The notes below the pieces were generated by a model. The model saw only the letters and a program-made list of their open reading frames with translations. It did not search any database and was not told the DNA's origin. Both the position numbers and the translations under genes were made by a program. From Malacoraja senta (Eukaryota), in the NCBI GenBank assembly GCA_038087875.1, contig CM075988.1, positions 27,344,001 through 27,408,000 of the forward strand: a stretch of DNA of 64,000 nt. Reading direction: 5' to 3'. Shown piece by piece: positions 11,710 to 22,678 of this stretch. Each line of letters begins with the position of its first letter. Position 1 is the stretch's first letter.

Positions 11710-12258
11710 ACACACATACACACACACACATACGCTCGCACATACACACACACGCTCGCACATACACACACACGCGCACACACGCACGCACATACACGCA
11801 AACACACATACACACGTGCACACACACATGCACATACACACGCACACACGCTCGCACATACACACATACACACACGCGCGCACACACACACACGCAAACA
11901 CACATACACACGCGCACACACACTCGCACATACACACACATGCTCACACATACACACACGCGCACGCACAAACACGCAAACATACATACACACGCGCACA
12001 CACACATGCACATACACACGCACACACGCGCACACACACACATACGCTCGCACATACACACACACGCTCACACATACACACACACTCGCACACACACACG
12101 CAAACACACATACACAAGCGCACACACACATGCACATACACACGCACACACATACGCATGCACATACACACGCATATACACACGCGCACACACACACACA
12201 CATACGCATGCATACACACGCTTATACACACACACACACACACACACACGCACATACA
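11710..12258. repeat. Degenerate (CA)n microsatellite, ~550 bp
   Basis: CA/CG/TA-interrupted dinucleotide repeat; accounts for the HT- and CV-rich ORFs. Confidence 0.95.
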
Positions 12259-12824
12259 CGGCAGGGGTGAGGGAAAGCGGGGGGGGCGTTGTCGGAAACA
12301 CACCACGATGTACAGGAAGGCTAAAGACGGCTGGCACAATGTACGGTAGGTCCTTTAAAAGAGGGGGAGGGGGGAGGGGAGCAGGGGGGAGAAGGAGTTG
12401 GGACACTTTTAAGAAGCCAGACAACTTTTAATAAGCCAGAGATACACAGCTGAGAAGTTTGGCGGGCATTTAACGTTACCGGTCGGTTATCCTTGGTTCT
12501 GTAAACTCGTGCTGGTGTTTTTTCCCCCCCAATGAGCCAATGAAAATGACCGGTCAGCAAACGCGACTAACTAAAACTACCTACGATTACCTCGACTACG
12601 CATAACCACATGGTGACCCAATTACCACTGCACATACAACTACAGGATTATTGATTTTCTCCATGGCGACCAATTCAATTCAACATGTTGAAAACTTTGC
12701 TGCGACCATACTGACGCTGCGACTAGTTCCCAGAATACGGGAACTCCCCGCGACCATGAAGGAGACTCGCCAGAGACCACCAGCGAACATGTGGCGACCA
12801 TGTGTATCTCGCCACTCGCTGCAC

Positions 12825-15800
12825 CAGCTGGATCTCTCTGCACCCCCAACCTGGACAGCCTCTCTGCACCAGCAACGCTGCACCAGCTGGATCTCTCTGC
12901 ACCCCCAACCTGGACGGCCCCTGCACCTGCTCTGCTCGACGCCTCTCTGCACCTGCGCTGCTGGACGGCCTCTTTGTTCCCTCACTGCTGGACACCTCGC
13001 TGCACACGCTCTACCGGATGGCCTCTCTGCTCACCCACCGCTGGCTTCTCTCTCCACCTGCATGGACGCCTCTCTGCACCTGCACCGCTGGACAACCTCT
13101 CTGCCGCTTCATTATGATCAAATACTCGGCTCTGCGGCTGACTGGTCTCTCCAACAATCACACCCCATCCTGCATCCCAATCATTAAACAATTTGGACTT
13201 CTGCGTCGACCCCGTTACATTCACAGAGGCTCTCAACGCAAGCTTGTTTGCTCCGGCCATAGACATTCCATTCCATCCATCTGCTCACTATCACGCTCTG
13301 CCCCCCCCTCAACCGCGTCACCCCCCATCCCAGCTGACCACATGCACTGTCAACTGGGACAACCTCAGATCTCTCCAGCCTGCCCCCATCCCTCCACCCT
13401 CTCACAATGCCAACTTTGTCCTCCTCAACACCCGGTCGCTCAACAACAAAGCCCTTGCCCTCCATGAACTAATCCTTGACAACACTCTTGACTTCCTTCT
13501 GCTCACTGAAACCTGGCAACAACCCAATGTCTTCTTCTCCCTCAATCAAGCATCCCCATCTGGATTTAATTATATCTCCAAACCCCGCCCCTCCCGCCAT
13601 GGAGGCGGCCTTGCTGTTATTTTCAACCAGAACTTTCCGATCGCTGAACTCCCCCTCCCCCCAGTAGCATCATTTGAATTCCTTGCCTTCAAAGCCCTTT
13701 CCTCCATGACAGTCATCCTCATTTACCGGCCACCTAAACCAAACCCCTCCTTCCTATCTGACTTCACTGAATTCCTCACACTTGTCTCATCTCTCCCCCC
13801 ACGTCTGCTGCTACTTGGTGACTTAAACATTCATATGGACTCCCCCACCTGCAAGTTCGCATCTGAATTCGCTTTTTTACTTGACAACCTCTCTCACTCA
13901 GCACGTCACCTTTCCCACTCATGACAAAGGTCACATCCTTGACCTGGTCTGCTCCACAAATCAACCGGTACTCGACCTCCATCCATGCCTCTTCCCCCTC
14001 TCTGATCATAAGCTTATACGGTTCACCATCCCTTCTCCGACACCTCGCCCCCGCTTCCTCCGAGAAATCACCTTCCGTAATCTAAAATCCATCGACCCTC
14101 ACCATCTCTCTGACCTGCTCTCCACCACTCTCCCCCTGGACTCAACCCACATCTCACCTGATGATCTCACAAACCATCTCAATTCCACCTTGTCTACCTC
14201 CCTTAACACTCTGGCCCCCCTCAAAACAAGAACCGTAACTTTTAATAAATCTTCACCCTGGTACACAGCTGCACTTCGTAAGCTGAAACAGATTGGTCGC
14301 CGACTTGAACGACTCATAAAGAAATCACCTCTCACAGTCCACCATGAAACTTACAAACTCCACCTCACTGCCTACAAAGATGCCCTCATTGCTGCTAAAT
14401 CTGCCTACCTCTCCTCCATATTCACCAACCCCTGCCTAAACCACAGAACCCTCTTCTCCACAGTGTGCAACCTCCTCAAGCCTCGAGCCATCACTCTCCC
14501 TACCTCCACTCCGGATCTCTGCAACTCATTCCTCCACTTTTTCGCTGACAAAATCAGCACCATCTATCAATCCCTATCCCCTGTACCCGACTCCCCAGCA
14601 TCTACTCCACCACCTACCAAGGCCCCTCCTTTCAACATCTCCGCTGATCTCCATATCCCTCCCCCTCACTGCTTCCTCTCCCAGTTTGACCCGGTCACCC
14701 CTACTGAAATCTCCAAACTCATCAGCTCTTCCAAACCCACTACCTGCTCCCTTGACCCTCTCCCCACTCCCCTGCTGAAGTCCTGCCTCCCTGCTCTCTG
14801 CCCCTACCTCACTAATCTTTTCAACTCCTCATTGTCCCAAGGAATTGTCCCCTCTGCTTTCAAAACTGCTGCTGTCACACCAATCTTAAAGAAACCTGGT
14901 CTTGATCCCTCCTCTCTCATTAACTACCGCCCTATCTCAAACCTCCCCTTTTTATCAAAAACCGTGGAGCGTATCGTCGCGTCACAACTTCATTCCCACC
15001 TCCTCGCGTATAACCTATTCGAACCCCTCCATAGCACAGAAACTGCTCTCCTCAAAGTCCTCAATGACCTCCTTACCTCTGCTGACACTGGCTCCCTCAA
15101 TATCCTCATCCTCCTCGACCTGAGTGCAGCCTTCGATACCGTCAACCATAACATCCTGCTCACCAGACTTAGGGACCTTGGCATTGAAGGTTCTGCACTC
15201 AGCTGGCTCCGTTCCTACCTTTCCAACTGATCCCACTTCATCTCTCTCCATAACCACACCTCTGCCACAACCACTGTCACTCAAGGCATTCCCCAAGGCT
15301 CCGTTCTTGGTCCCCTCCTCTTCATCATCTACATCCTTCCCCTTGGTCATATACTCCGTCACTTCAACCTGGACTTCCACTGCTATGCTGATGACACCCA
15401 GATCTATCTCAGCACCAAGTCCCCCCACCACCCCCTCTCTCCCATATCAACTCCTGCCTATCAGCCATCAAATCTTGGATGCAATTCAACTTCCTTAAAT
15501 TAAACAGTAGCAAAACAGAATTTCTCCTCATTGGCTCCAAATCAATACTCACTAAAATTAACAACCCCACTCTCACTATTGACGGCACCACCGTCTCCCC
15601 ATTTCCTCAGGCAAGCAACCTTGGCGTGATCTTTGACTCAACCCTCTCCCTTGAGCCTCACATCCGCCATGTTGTCAAAACATCATTTTTTCACCTCCGC
15701 AACATTGCCAAAATCAGATCCTCTCTCACACCCCCCGCTGCTGAAAGACTCATCCATGCCTTCATCTCCTCCCGACTGGACTACTGTAACTCTCTTCTCT

Positions 15801-16356
15801 TTGGAATCAATTCCAGCAGCATCAACCGACTCCAACTGGTCCAGAATGCAGCCGCTCGACTCATTACCCACACCAAATCCTGGCACCACATCACCCCAGT
15901 TCTCAAAGAACTTCACTGGCTTCCCATTTCCCACCGGATCACCTACAAAATCCTGGTCCTCACCTACAAAGCCCTCAACAACTTGGCCCCCCCTTATCTC
16001 ACTGACCTCCTCTCCCCGTACCAACCCTCACGGTCCCTCAGGTCCACATCAGCTGGTCTCCTCTCCACTCCGAAATCAAACCTCTGCACTTTTGGAGGCA
16101 GAGCCTTCTCCAGGGCAGCTCCCAGGCCCTGGAATTCCCTCCCACAACTGGTCCGAAATTCTGAGTCCCTCACCATCTTCCAGTCCCGCCTCAAGACCCA
16201 TCTCTTCACCTCTGCATACCCTTAGTCCCATGTTCCCCTCCCCTTTGCATCTCTGTCTTACTGCTCTATTTTGTTTTGTTTATTCTTGACTCTCAATGTA
16301 AAGCGACTTTGAGTCCTGAAAAGCGCTATATAAATAAAATGTATTATTATTATTAT
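12825..16356 (+). mobile_element. L2-clade LINE, near-complete ORF2 (APE endonuclease + RT), inactivated
   Basis: EN motifs LLNTRSLNNK, LTETW, GGGLAV, IYRPP, GDLNIH, SDH; RT motifs [34 protein letters not shown]2 C-terminus SRLDYCNSL, HITPVLKELHWLP; (TAT)n tail. Frameshifts near 13890 and 15430, TGA at 15228-15230, deletion of the QSGFR motif; CTGCAC at both junctions (12819-12824, 16358-16363). Confidence 0.95.
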
Positions 16357-16419
16357 CCTGCACTTGCCTAAAAAGTTGCCAACGTGGGACAGGCCCTTGA
16401 GTCTCGAGCAAGGCCTCCA

Positions 16420-16950
16420 GCTTAGCACAAACTGGCAACACCCCCTCCTCTATAACCAACACAGGACCAGCTCAAGGCTGTGTGCTCAGTCCCCTGCTCT
16501 ATGACCAGGACTGTACAGCCAGACCATTCCAATGCTGTCTTTAAATTTCATCGACAATACCACCGTTGTTGGACAAATAATGGGTAATGACGAGTCAGAG
16601 TACAGGAGAGAGATTGATAATCTGAGGGAATGCTGCCAATAAGACATTATTACTCCTGTTCTTCCATGTCTGCCTGGATATCCTCCAGAATGTGGTTACT
16701 GTATAGGAAGGTGGTTTACTATAGGTGAATTGATTTCCTCGTCCAGAGAGTGGCTATCAGTCACCGTTGATCCTAGGTAGGTGAATTGGATGAGTTTCCA
16801 GCTGACTCATTAGGATGATTTCAGAGGGGAGTGGAGTGCCTTGACCCATGACAACAGTTGTCTTAATACTGATTGCCAGTCGGTAATCATTGCAAGCATG
16901 AGACAGTCTGTCCATCAGCCCCTGAAGTCCTTTTCTGTTGGGGTGATGAG
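16420..16950. mobile_element. Rex1/Babar fragment (+) fused to RTE fragment (-); paralogous block at 18487-19830
   Basis: caaggctgtgtgctcagtcccctgct (QGCVLSPL) and gggactt...gatggacaga (GLQGLMDRL) segments recur at 18487-18860 and 19040-19830. Confidence 0.7.
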
Positions 16951-17042
16951 TGACCAATATGATCCCGATGGTTCCTCTTCCTTCTCCGCGGTGCGCCATT
17001 CCATGAGCAGTTTGACCTCCGGCACCTACCGAGGGCCCGTAC

Positions 17043-17493
17043 ATAGATACATAGATACATAGAAATTAGGTGCAGGAGTAGGCCATTCGGCCCTTCGAGC
17101 CTGCACCGCCATTCAATACGATCATGGCTGATCATCCAACTCAGTATCCCGTACCTGCCTTCTCTCCATACCCCCTGATCCCTTTAGCCACAAGGGCCAC
17201 ATCTAATTCCCTCTTAAATATAGCCAATGAACTGGCCTCAACTACCCTCTGTGGCAGAGAGTTCCAGAGATTCACCACTCTCTGTGTGAAAAAGTTTTTC
17301 CTCATCTCGGTCTTAAAGGATTTCCCCCTTATCCTTAAGCTGTGACCCCTTGTCCTGGACTTCCCCAACATCGGGAACAATCTTCCTGCATCTAGCCTGT
17401 CCATCCCCATAAGAATCTTGTACGTTTCTATAAGATCCCCTCTCAATCTCCTAAATTCTAGCGAGTATAAGCCAAGTCTATCCAGTCTTTCTT
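17043..17493 (-). mobile_element. CR1 LINE 3' end
   Basis: ORF 17141..17578 LGLYSLEFRRLRGDLIETYKIL...NLWNSLPQRVVEA; (CATAGATA)n tail. Confidence 0.9.
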
Positions 17494-17754
17494 CACTTGT
17501 CTCGGCGGTCACTTCCGCTGCCGGGTTCGTCCTTGTTCGTGGCCACTGCGGGCCGAGTCCGGTCTTGAGCGGCTTCAATCTTCATTCAAGTCCACGGTGA
17601 TCATCAATTTGTCAACAGAAACCGACATGGTAAATGGAGACAAGAATGGAGTCTTGAAGATTCCCGATCCAAACCGTTGTCTGTGCAATCCCTCCACAGA
17701 TGAAATGTCCTCTCGGAGTCATGTCCTCAACCGACCTCCGGCACCCACCTTCAA

Positions 17755-17990
17755 ACAATCTGGAGGAGATCCAGGCACCCTAAGAAATCCTACCAAGTTG
17801 TTCCTCAACAGCTTCTCCAGCGCCAGGTGTGGAAGTTCGCAGAGTACGTGAAGCAAGATTGGGTCTTCAGGATCTTCAAGCATCTGACATGCAAGTCCAT
17901 GATGATCGTCAATCTTGGCCATTTCCTGTCATCAGAAACCGACCTGGTAAATGGAGATAAGAATGGAGTCTTGAGGGGTCTCGATCCAAA
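17755..17990 (+). pseudogene. Histone H3-like segment B1
   Basis: LEEI...QRQVWKFAEYVKQDWVFRIFKHLTCKSMMIVNLGHFLSSETDLVNGDKNGVL versus H3 LREI...[51 protein letters not shown]; a further partial copy lies at 17580-17670. Confidence 0.6.
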
Positions 17991-18061
17991 TGTCAACTGT
18001 CCATTCCCTCCACAGATGCTGCCTGACCCGCTGAGTTCCTCCAGCAGTTTTCTGCTCCACC

Positions 18062-18240
18062 ATCGCTGACTGCTGAGCTCTAAAAACTCATCTCCATCAT
18101 GGTCTTCCACACCTGGCGCTGGAGGGCAGTTTACAGAGGATCAGCTCCACATTCCCAGGGACACCAGATCTTCCTCAACAACACAGCAGGGTCAGGTGTG
18201 ATGAAGCCTCTGCGTGCCAGCCCTGGTCCATGGCCGTCTC
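18062..18240 (-). pseudogene. Histone H3-like segment C1
   Basis: With frameshifts: RLHHT*PCCV.LRKIW...ELILCKLP.QRQVWK...EMSF*SSAV versus [16 protein letters not shown]...[15 protein letters not shown]...DLRFQSSAV. Confidence 0.75.
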
Positions 18241-19039
18241 ATCAGATATTGTCCCCTGGTCAATCACAGGAAGCATGGCGGAAGTCGATGACCTCAGGAG
18301 GGGAAAGCCAATGATCCACAAACTTGTCTTCATTCATGGGACAGTGGTGAAGAAAGTTATGTTGCAATTTCCTGGGTGTCCATGTCTCTGAAGATCTGTC
18401 CTGGATGTCCTCACACATCTCCTTAACCTTGTCTCTGCTCAATCCTGTACAACTAGATCTTCAATTTCCTCATCAGCAGACCACAATCAGCACAAACAGG
18501 CAACACCTCCTTCTCTATAACCAACACAGGACCAGCTCAAGGCTGTGTGATCAGTCCCCTGCTCTATGACCAGGACTGCACAGCCAGACCATTCCAATGC
18601 CGTCTTTGAATATCACCAACGATACCACCGTTGTTGGACAAATGATGGGTAATGATGACAGGTAATGAGTACAGGAGAGAAATTGTACAGCAGTGAAGCT
18701 TGGGTGACTTTTGTTCTCAATGTCCGCAGGACCACAGAGCTATTTGTTGACCTCAGGAGAAAGCCGCAGATCCACAAACTTGACTTCATTGATGGGACAG
18801 TGGTGGAGAAAAGTACGTTCCAAGATCCTGTTTCAAGTTCCTGGGCGTTCATATCTCTGAACATCTGTCCTGGTTCCGACGCGGGTTCCATTTTGTTCTC
18901 CACATCACTCCTCGTCCGACCTCCGGCACCCACCGCGGGCCCGTCCTAGGCTGCCCACCGCCGGGTCCTCTCTTGGTCCTCACCCATTCATTTACCGTTC
19001 TTGATGTAGGTAAGTCACCCAAGCTTCACTGCTGTACAG

Positions 19040-19830
19040 TAACGTGTTAAACACTCACGCGTTGTAGACAGTTACCTTGGTCTTCATTGTATGTTTCCTG
19101 TTCTTCCATGTCCACTTGCTTAGTCTCCCGAAGGTGGGTGCTGTAGAGGAAGGTGGTTTACTGTACGTGAATTAGTTTACTCATCCAGAGAGTGGCTGTC
19201 AGTCACCGTAGATCCTAGGTTGGTGAATTTAAGACATTTTCCAGCGTAGTGGAGTTTATGGTGATTTCAGAGGGGAATGGAGTGCCCTGAGCCATGACAA
19301 CAGTCATCTTAACGCTGATTGCTGGTCGGTCTTTGGTGCAAGTATGAAACCGTCTGTCCATCAGCCTCTGAAGTCCTTCTTCTTTTGGGGAACTGAGTGC
19401 AGCATCAGCGGGCTGGAGTTCCCTTACAAGCACAGTTCTCATCTTCATCTTGGCTTTCAACATTGCCACACTGAAGAGCATCCCATCACTTCTGGTTTGA
19501 AGATACATGTCTTCCATGCCTGTTGGGAAGGCAAAGGGCAGATCGGAAGATGCCGAACACCATGGGAGTTGGGACATACCCTTGCTTCACTCCACTTCTC
19601 ATGGGGAAACTGTCCGATGTAGCTTCATCAAATTCCACTGTTGATGCATGTTCTCATGGAAGGAGGTTTAGAAGACGTGGTGGACATCTAAACTTCTCCA
19701 ATAGCTGATAGAGGCCGTGTCTGCTGACGGAATCAAAAGCTTCTGTAAGATCCACAATGGGGTTAGCTGCTCTTGACATTTTTCTTGGAGTTGACGCAGG
19801 GAGAAGATCATGTCCGTTGTGGATCCAAGT
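19040..19830 (-). mobile_element. RTE-clade LINE RT fragment
   Basis: STTDMIFSLRQLQEKCQEQ and TRSDGMLFSVAMLKAKMKMRTVLVRELQPADAAL; further pieces at 21400-21650 (NYRDISLLSVTGKAFARVIL) and 28540-28705. Confidence 0.85.
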
Positions 19831-20026
19831 CTTCGGAGGAACTTTCCCTCCGAAGACTTGCAGGAAAATGTCACTGGGCCAGATGATGAGTCAGAGCCAG
19901 ACGAGTTTGACAAATTTCTTAAACGCTGTGGATTCTCACGTGCAACAGATCGCTGCCAGTTGTACTGGGAAATGTTGACAATGAAATCCCAAATGAAGAT
20001 GAGATCACGGGCGGGGAAGAGGTTGT

Positions 20027-20061
20027 AGCTCTTTCTAGTAGTGGCTCTTAAAAGGGCCTTT
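20027..20061 (-). terminator. Replication-dependent histone mRNA 3' stem-loop plus U7 histone downstream element
   Basis: Minus strand reads AAA GGCCCT TTTA AGAGCC AC TACTAG AAAGAGCT: 6-bp stem with one mismatch and 4-nt loop (20058-20043), then purine-rich AAAGAGCT (20034-20027). Confidence 0.8.
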
Positions 20062-20080
20062 GTTGGACAGAGTGAGAAAT

Positions 20081-20150
20081 TCCGGTGCGGTCCCCACCGA
20101 TGTGGCTTCATATCCGATGGTTTTACACGAACGGCTCGGGTTCCTGACAT
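20081..20150 (-). pseudogene. Histone H3 C-terminal remnant
   Basis: RAVRVKPSDMK resembles KRVTIMPKDIQ; after a frameshift CAC ATC GGT GGG GAC CGC ACC GGA resembles the codons for RIRGERA*; lies ~20 nt 5' of the stem-loop. Confidence 0.65.
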
Positions 20151-20349
20151 CCATTTTCTCTGTATTTGGGCTTCTGTTGCGTGCTATCCAATCCCTCTTG
20201 GAGTTGCACGGGAATCCACACCGTTTAAGAAATTTGTCAAACTCGTTCAGCTCTGACTCATCATCTGCCCCAGTGGCATTTTCTTGTGAGTCTTCGGAGG
20301 GAAACTTCCTCGCAAACAGCTGGCGACCACATCAGTCGGCAGATGTTTC

Positions 20350-20600
20350 ATGCTTTCCCCTTCACACCGTCTGGAGGATATCCGGGGCGACAAGAAGTCC
20401 CACCAAGTTGTTCCTCAACAGCTTCTCCAGCGCCAGGTGTGGAAGGTCACATTGAACATGGAGCTAGATTGGGCTTTTGGGATCTTCAAGGATCTGTCAT
20501 TCAAGTACACGGTGATCATCAAACTTGACCATTTCCTGTCGTCGGAAACCGACCTGGTAAATGGAGACAAGAATGGAGTCTTGAGGATCCCGATCCAAAC
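20350..20600 (+). pseudogene. Histone H3-like segment B2 (in stop-free ORF 20350..20883)
   Basis: LEDIRGDKKSHQVVPQQLLQRQVWKVTLNMELDWAFGIFKDLSFKYTVIIKLDHFLSSETDLVNGDKNGVLRIP aligns to H3 from alphaN through loop L2 (...[17 protein letters not shown]). Confidence 0.6.
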
Positions 20601-20714
20601 TTCAACTGTCCCCTCCCTCCGCAGATGCCGTGTTCTCTCGGCGGCACGTCCTCGACCGACCAGCAGCACCCAACGAGGACCCGTCCTCGACCGACCGCCG
20701 GCACTCACACATCT

Positions 20715-20965
20715 GTCATGTTTGTCCCTTCAAACAATCTGGAAGAGATCCATGGCCACAAGAAATCCCACCAAGTTGTTCCTCAACAGCTTCTCCAGCT
20801 CCAGGTGTGGAAGGTCGCACAGAACGTGGAGCAAAATTGGATCTTCAGGATCTTCAATCATCTGTCACTCCAGTCCATGGTGATCATCAATCTTGCCCAT
20901 TTCCTGTCATCATAATCCAACCTGGTAAATGGAGACAAGAATGGAGTCTTGAAGGGTCCCGATCA
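20715..20965 (+). pseudogene. Histone H3-like segment B3
   Basis: ORF 20625..20915: LEEIHGHKKS...QLQVWKVAQNVEQNWIFRIFNHLSLQSMVIINL versus [10 protein letters not shown]...[33 protein letters not shown]. Confidence 0.6.
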
Positions 20966-21041
20966 AAAAATCATCTGTCCACTCCCTCCACAGATGTAGC
21001 CTGACCCACTGAGTTCCTCCAGCAGTTTTCTGCTCCAACTT

Positions 21042-21210
21042 CGCTGACAGCCGAGCTCTATAAAGGCACCTTCATCATGGTCTTCCACTGAGAGCAGTTT
21101 ACAGAGGATCAGCTCCACGTTCCCAGGGACACCAGATCTTACACAACAACACAGCAGGGTCAGGTGTGATGAAGCTTCTGCGTGCAAGCCCTGGTCCATG
21201 GCCTTTTTGT
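21042..21210 (-). pseudogene. Histone H3-like segment C2 (paralogue of C1)
   Basis: KLHHT*PCCV...ELILCKLL...*SSAV; DNA closely matches 18062-18240. Confidence 0.7.
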
Positions 21211-22678
21211 CAGATATTGTCCTCTGGTCAATCACAGGAAACATGGCAGATGGTCGACGACCTCAGGACGGGATAGCTGATGATCCACAAACTTGTCTTC
21301 ATTCATGGGACAGTGGTGGAGAACGTTATGTTGCAAGTTCCTGGTTGTCCATATCTCTGAAGATCTGTCCTGGGTCCAGCACATCAGTGTAATCACACAC
21401 AACACTTATGACCACCTCTAAGCTTTCGTAACATCCACAAAGGCGATGAACATGGGGTTTGCTGCTCTTGACATTTTCCTTGTATTTGACGCAGGGGGAA
21501 GATCATGTCCATTGTGGATCTATCTCCATGGAAACCGCATTGTGCCTCAGGTCAGCGAGTCTGTGCAGTCTTTGCAGGATCACTCTGGCAAAGGCCTTTC
21601 CTGTAACACTCAGTAGTGAGATGTCCCTGTAGTTGGTGCACTCCCTTGTTCTTGTACAATGTGACGATGTTGGTGTTACGCAGAAACTGCTCAGTCCGTC
21701 ACAGGTGATGATCCCTTCACCATCAAAGGGATCTGCAGGAGATGCTACCTGCAAAAGGCAGCTAATATCAAAGACCCACAATGCCCTACCACAGAAAAAC
21801 TAACAGAAGCAGGGAAACTGACCTCCATGTTTAAGAGCAGCTTCTTGCCAGCAATTACAAGCCTCTCGAACACTGCACAACATGAACCACAACGATGAGA
21901 TATTATGGACTGCGTAATTTGCTGCCCGACAGATGTTTTTACACTAGCATTTAATTCATAATTTCCTGGATTTTTATTTTATTAGTTATCTGTGTGTTAT
22001 TGCACTACGCTCCCATTATTTTTGTTCAGAAGCCCCAAAAACGTGACCTCCAGGTTCAGGAACAGCTTCCCAGCAACCATCAGGCTCTTGAACACTGCCC
22101 AACACAAACCACATCTGTGAACTGTGAAGAACTATGGACTGAGTCTTTGGTTGCATTACAGACATGTTTACAGTAGTATCGTGAGTATAAATTTACTGAA
22201 ATGTAAATGAATGCCTTTTTGTGTGTTCCAACATAGGCTGTTAATCTACAGCAAGAAATACACCCCCCCCCACTCCCACATCCCCCTCCCCCACACACAC
22301 CATCCCCCCCACCCACACCCCTCCCCCACCCCCCCCCACTCACAACCCCTCCCCCCCACACATACACCCCTCCCCCACACACACCGCACGCCCACACCTC
22401 ACGCCAGCCCACCCCCCACCACTGCCCACACACCGCCCCTTTTCATCCCAACAAAGCTCGCTGCCCCCCTCCCTCCCCTCCCCTCCACACACATCCCTCC
22501 CCCACACACTCCTCCCATACACAACGCCCGCCCACACACACCCCGCCCAACACAACCCAAGAACTCTGCACTTACATCCTCCTCACAGTTCACACTGCCA
22601 CCCAGCTTTGTGTCAATTGCAAATTTGCTAATGTTACTTGTAATCCCTTCACCTAAATCATTAATATATATTGTAAAT

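Larger units (their letters stand above)
11604..16397. mobile_element. PIF/Harbinger-like non-autonomous DNA transposon hosting an L2 insertion
   Basis: Perfect 14-bp TIRs AGGGCCTGTCCCAC (11604-11617) and GTGGGACAGGCCCT (16384-16397); flanks TCA/TGA (imperfect TNA-type TSD). Superfamily inferred from the TSD style. Confidence 0.75.

Noticed and set aside
11392..12431. Long His/Thr- and Cys/Val-rich ORFs
   Set aside because: Translations of a (CA)n microsatellite inside a MITE.
16960..17545. Possible H3 N-tail remnant (gcc a cga aca agg...gccctcgg) split by a CR1
   Set aside because: Similarity is too weak and low-complexity to support by eye.
20330..20940. Minus-strand exon VGFRRQE...EDPEDPILLHVLCDLPHLALEKLL with apparent AG/GT sites as a novel protein family
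   Set aside because: It is the antisense shadow of the H3-like frame; it has several stops while the plus frame is open and aligns to H3.
7480..21210. CENP-A identity for the H3-like segments (tempting next to kinetochore gene ZW10)
   Set aside because: Copies keep H3-type QR in alpha1 and F-x-SSAV and show no loop-1 extension; adjacency to ZW10 is not evidence.
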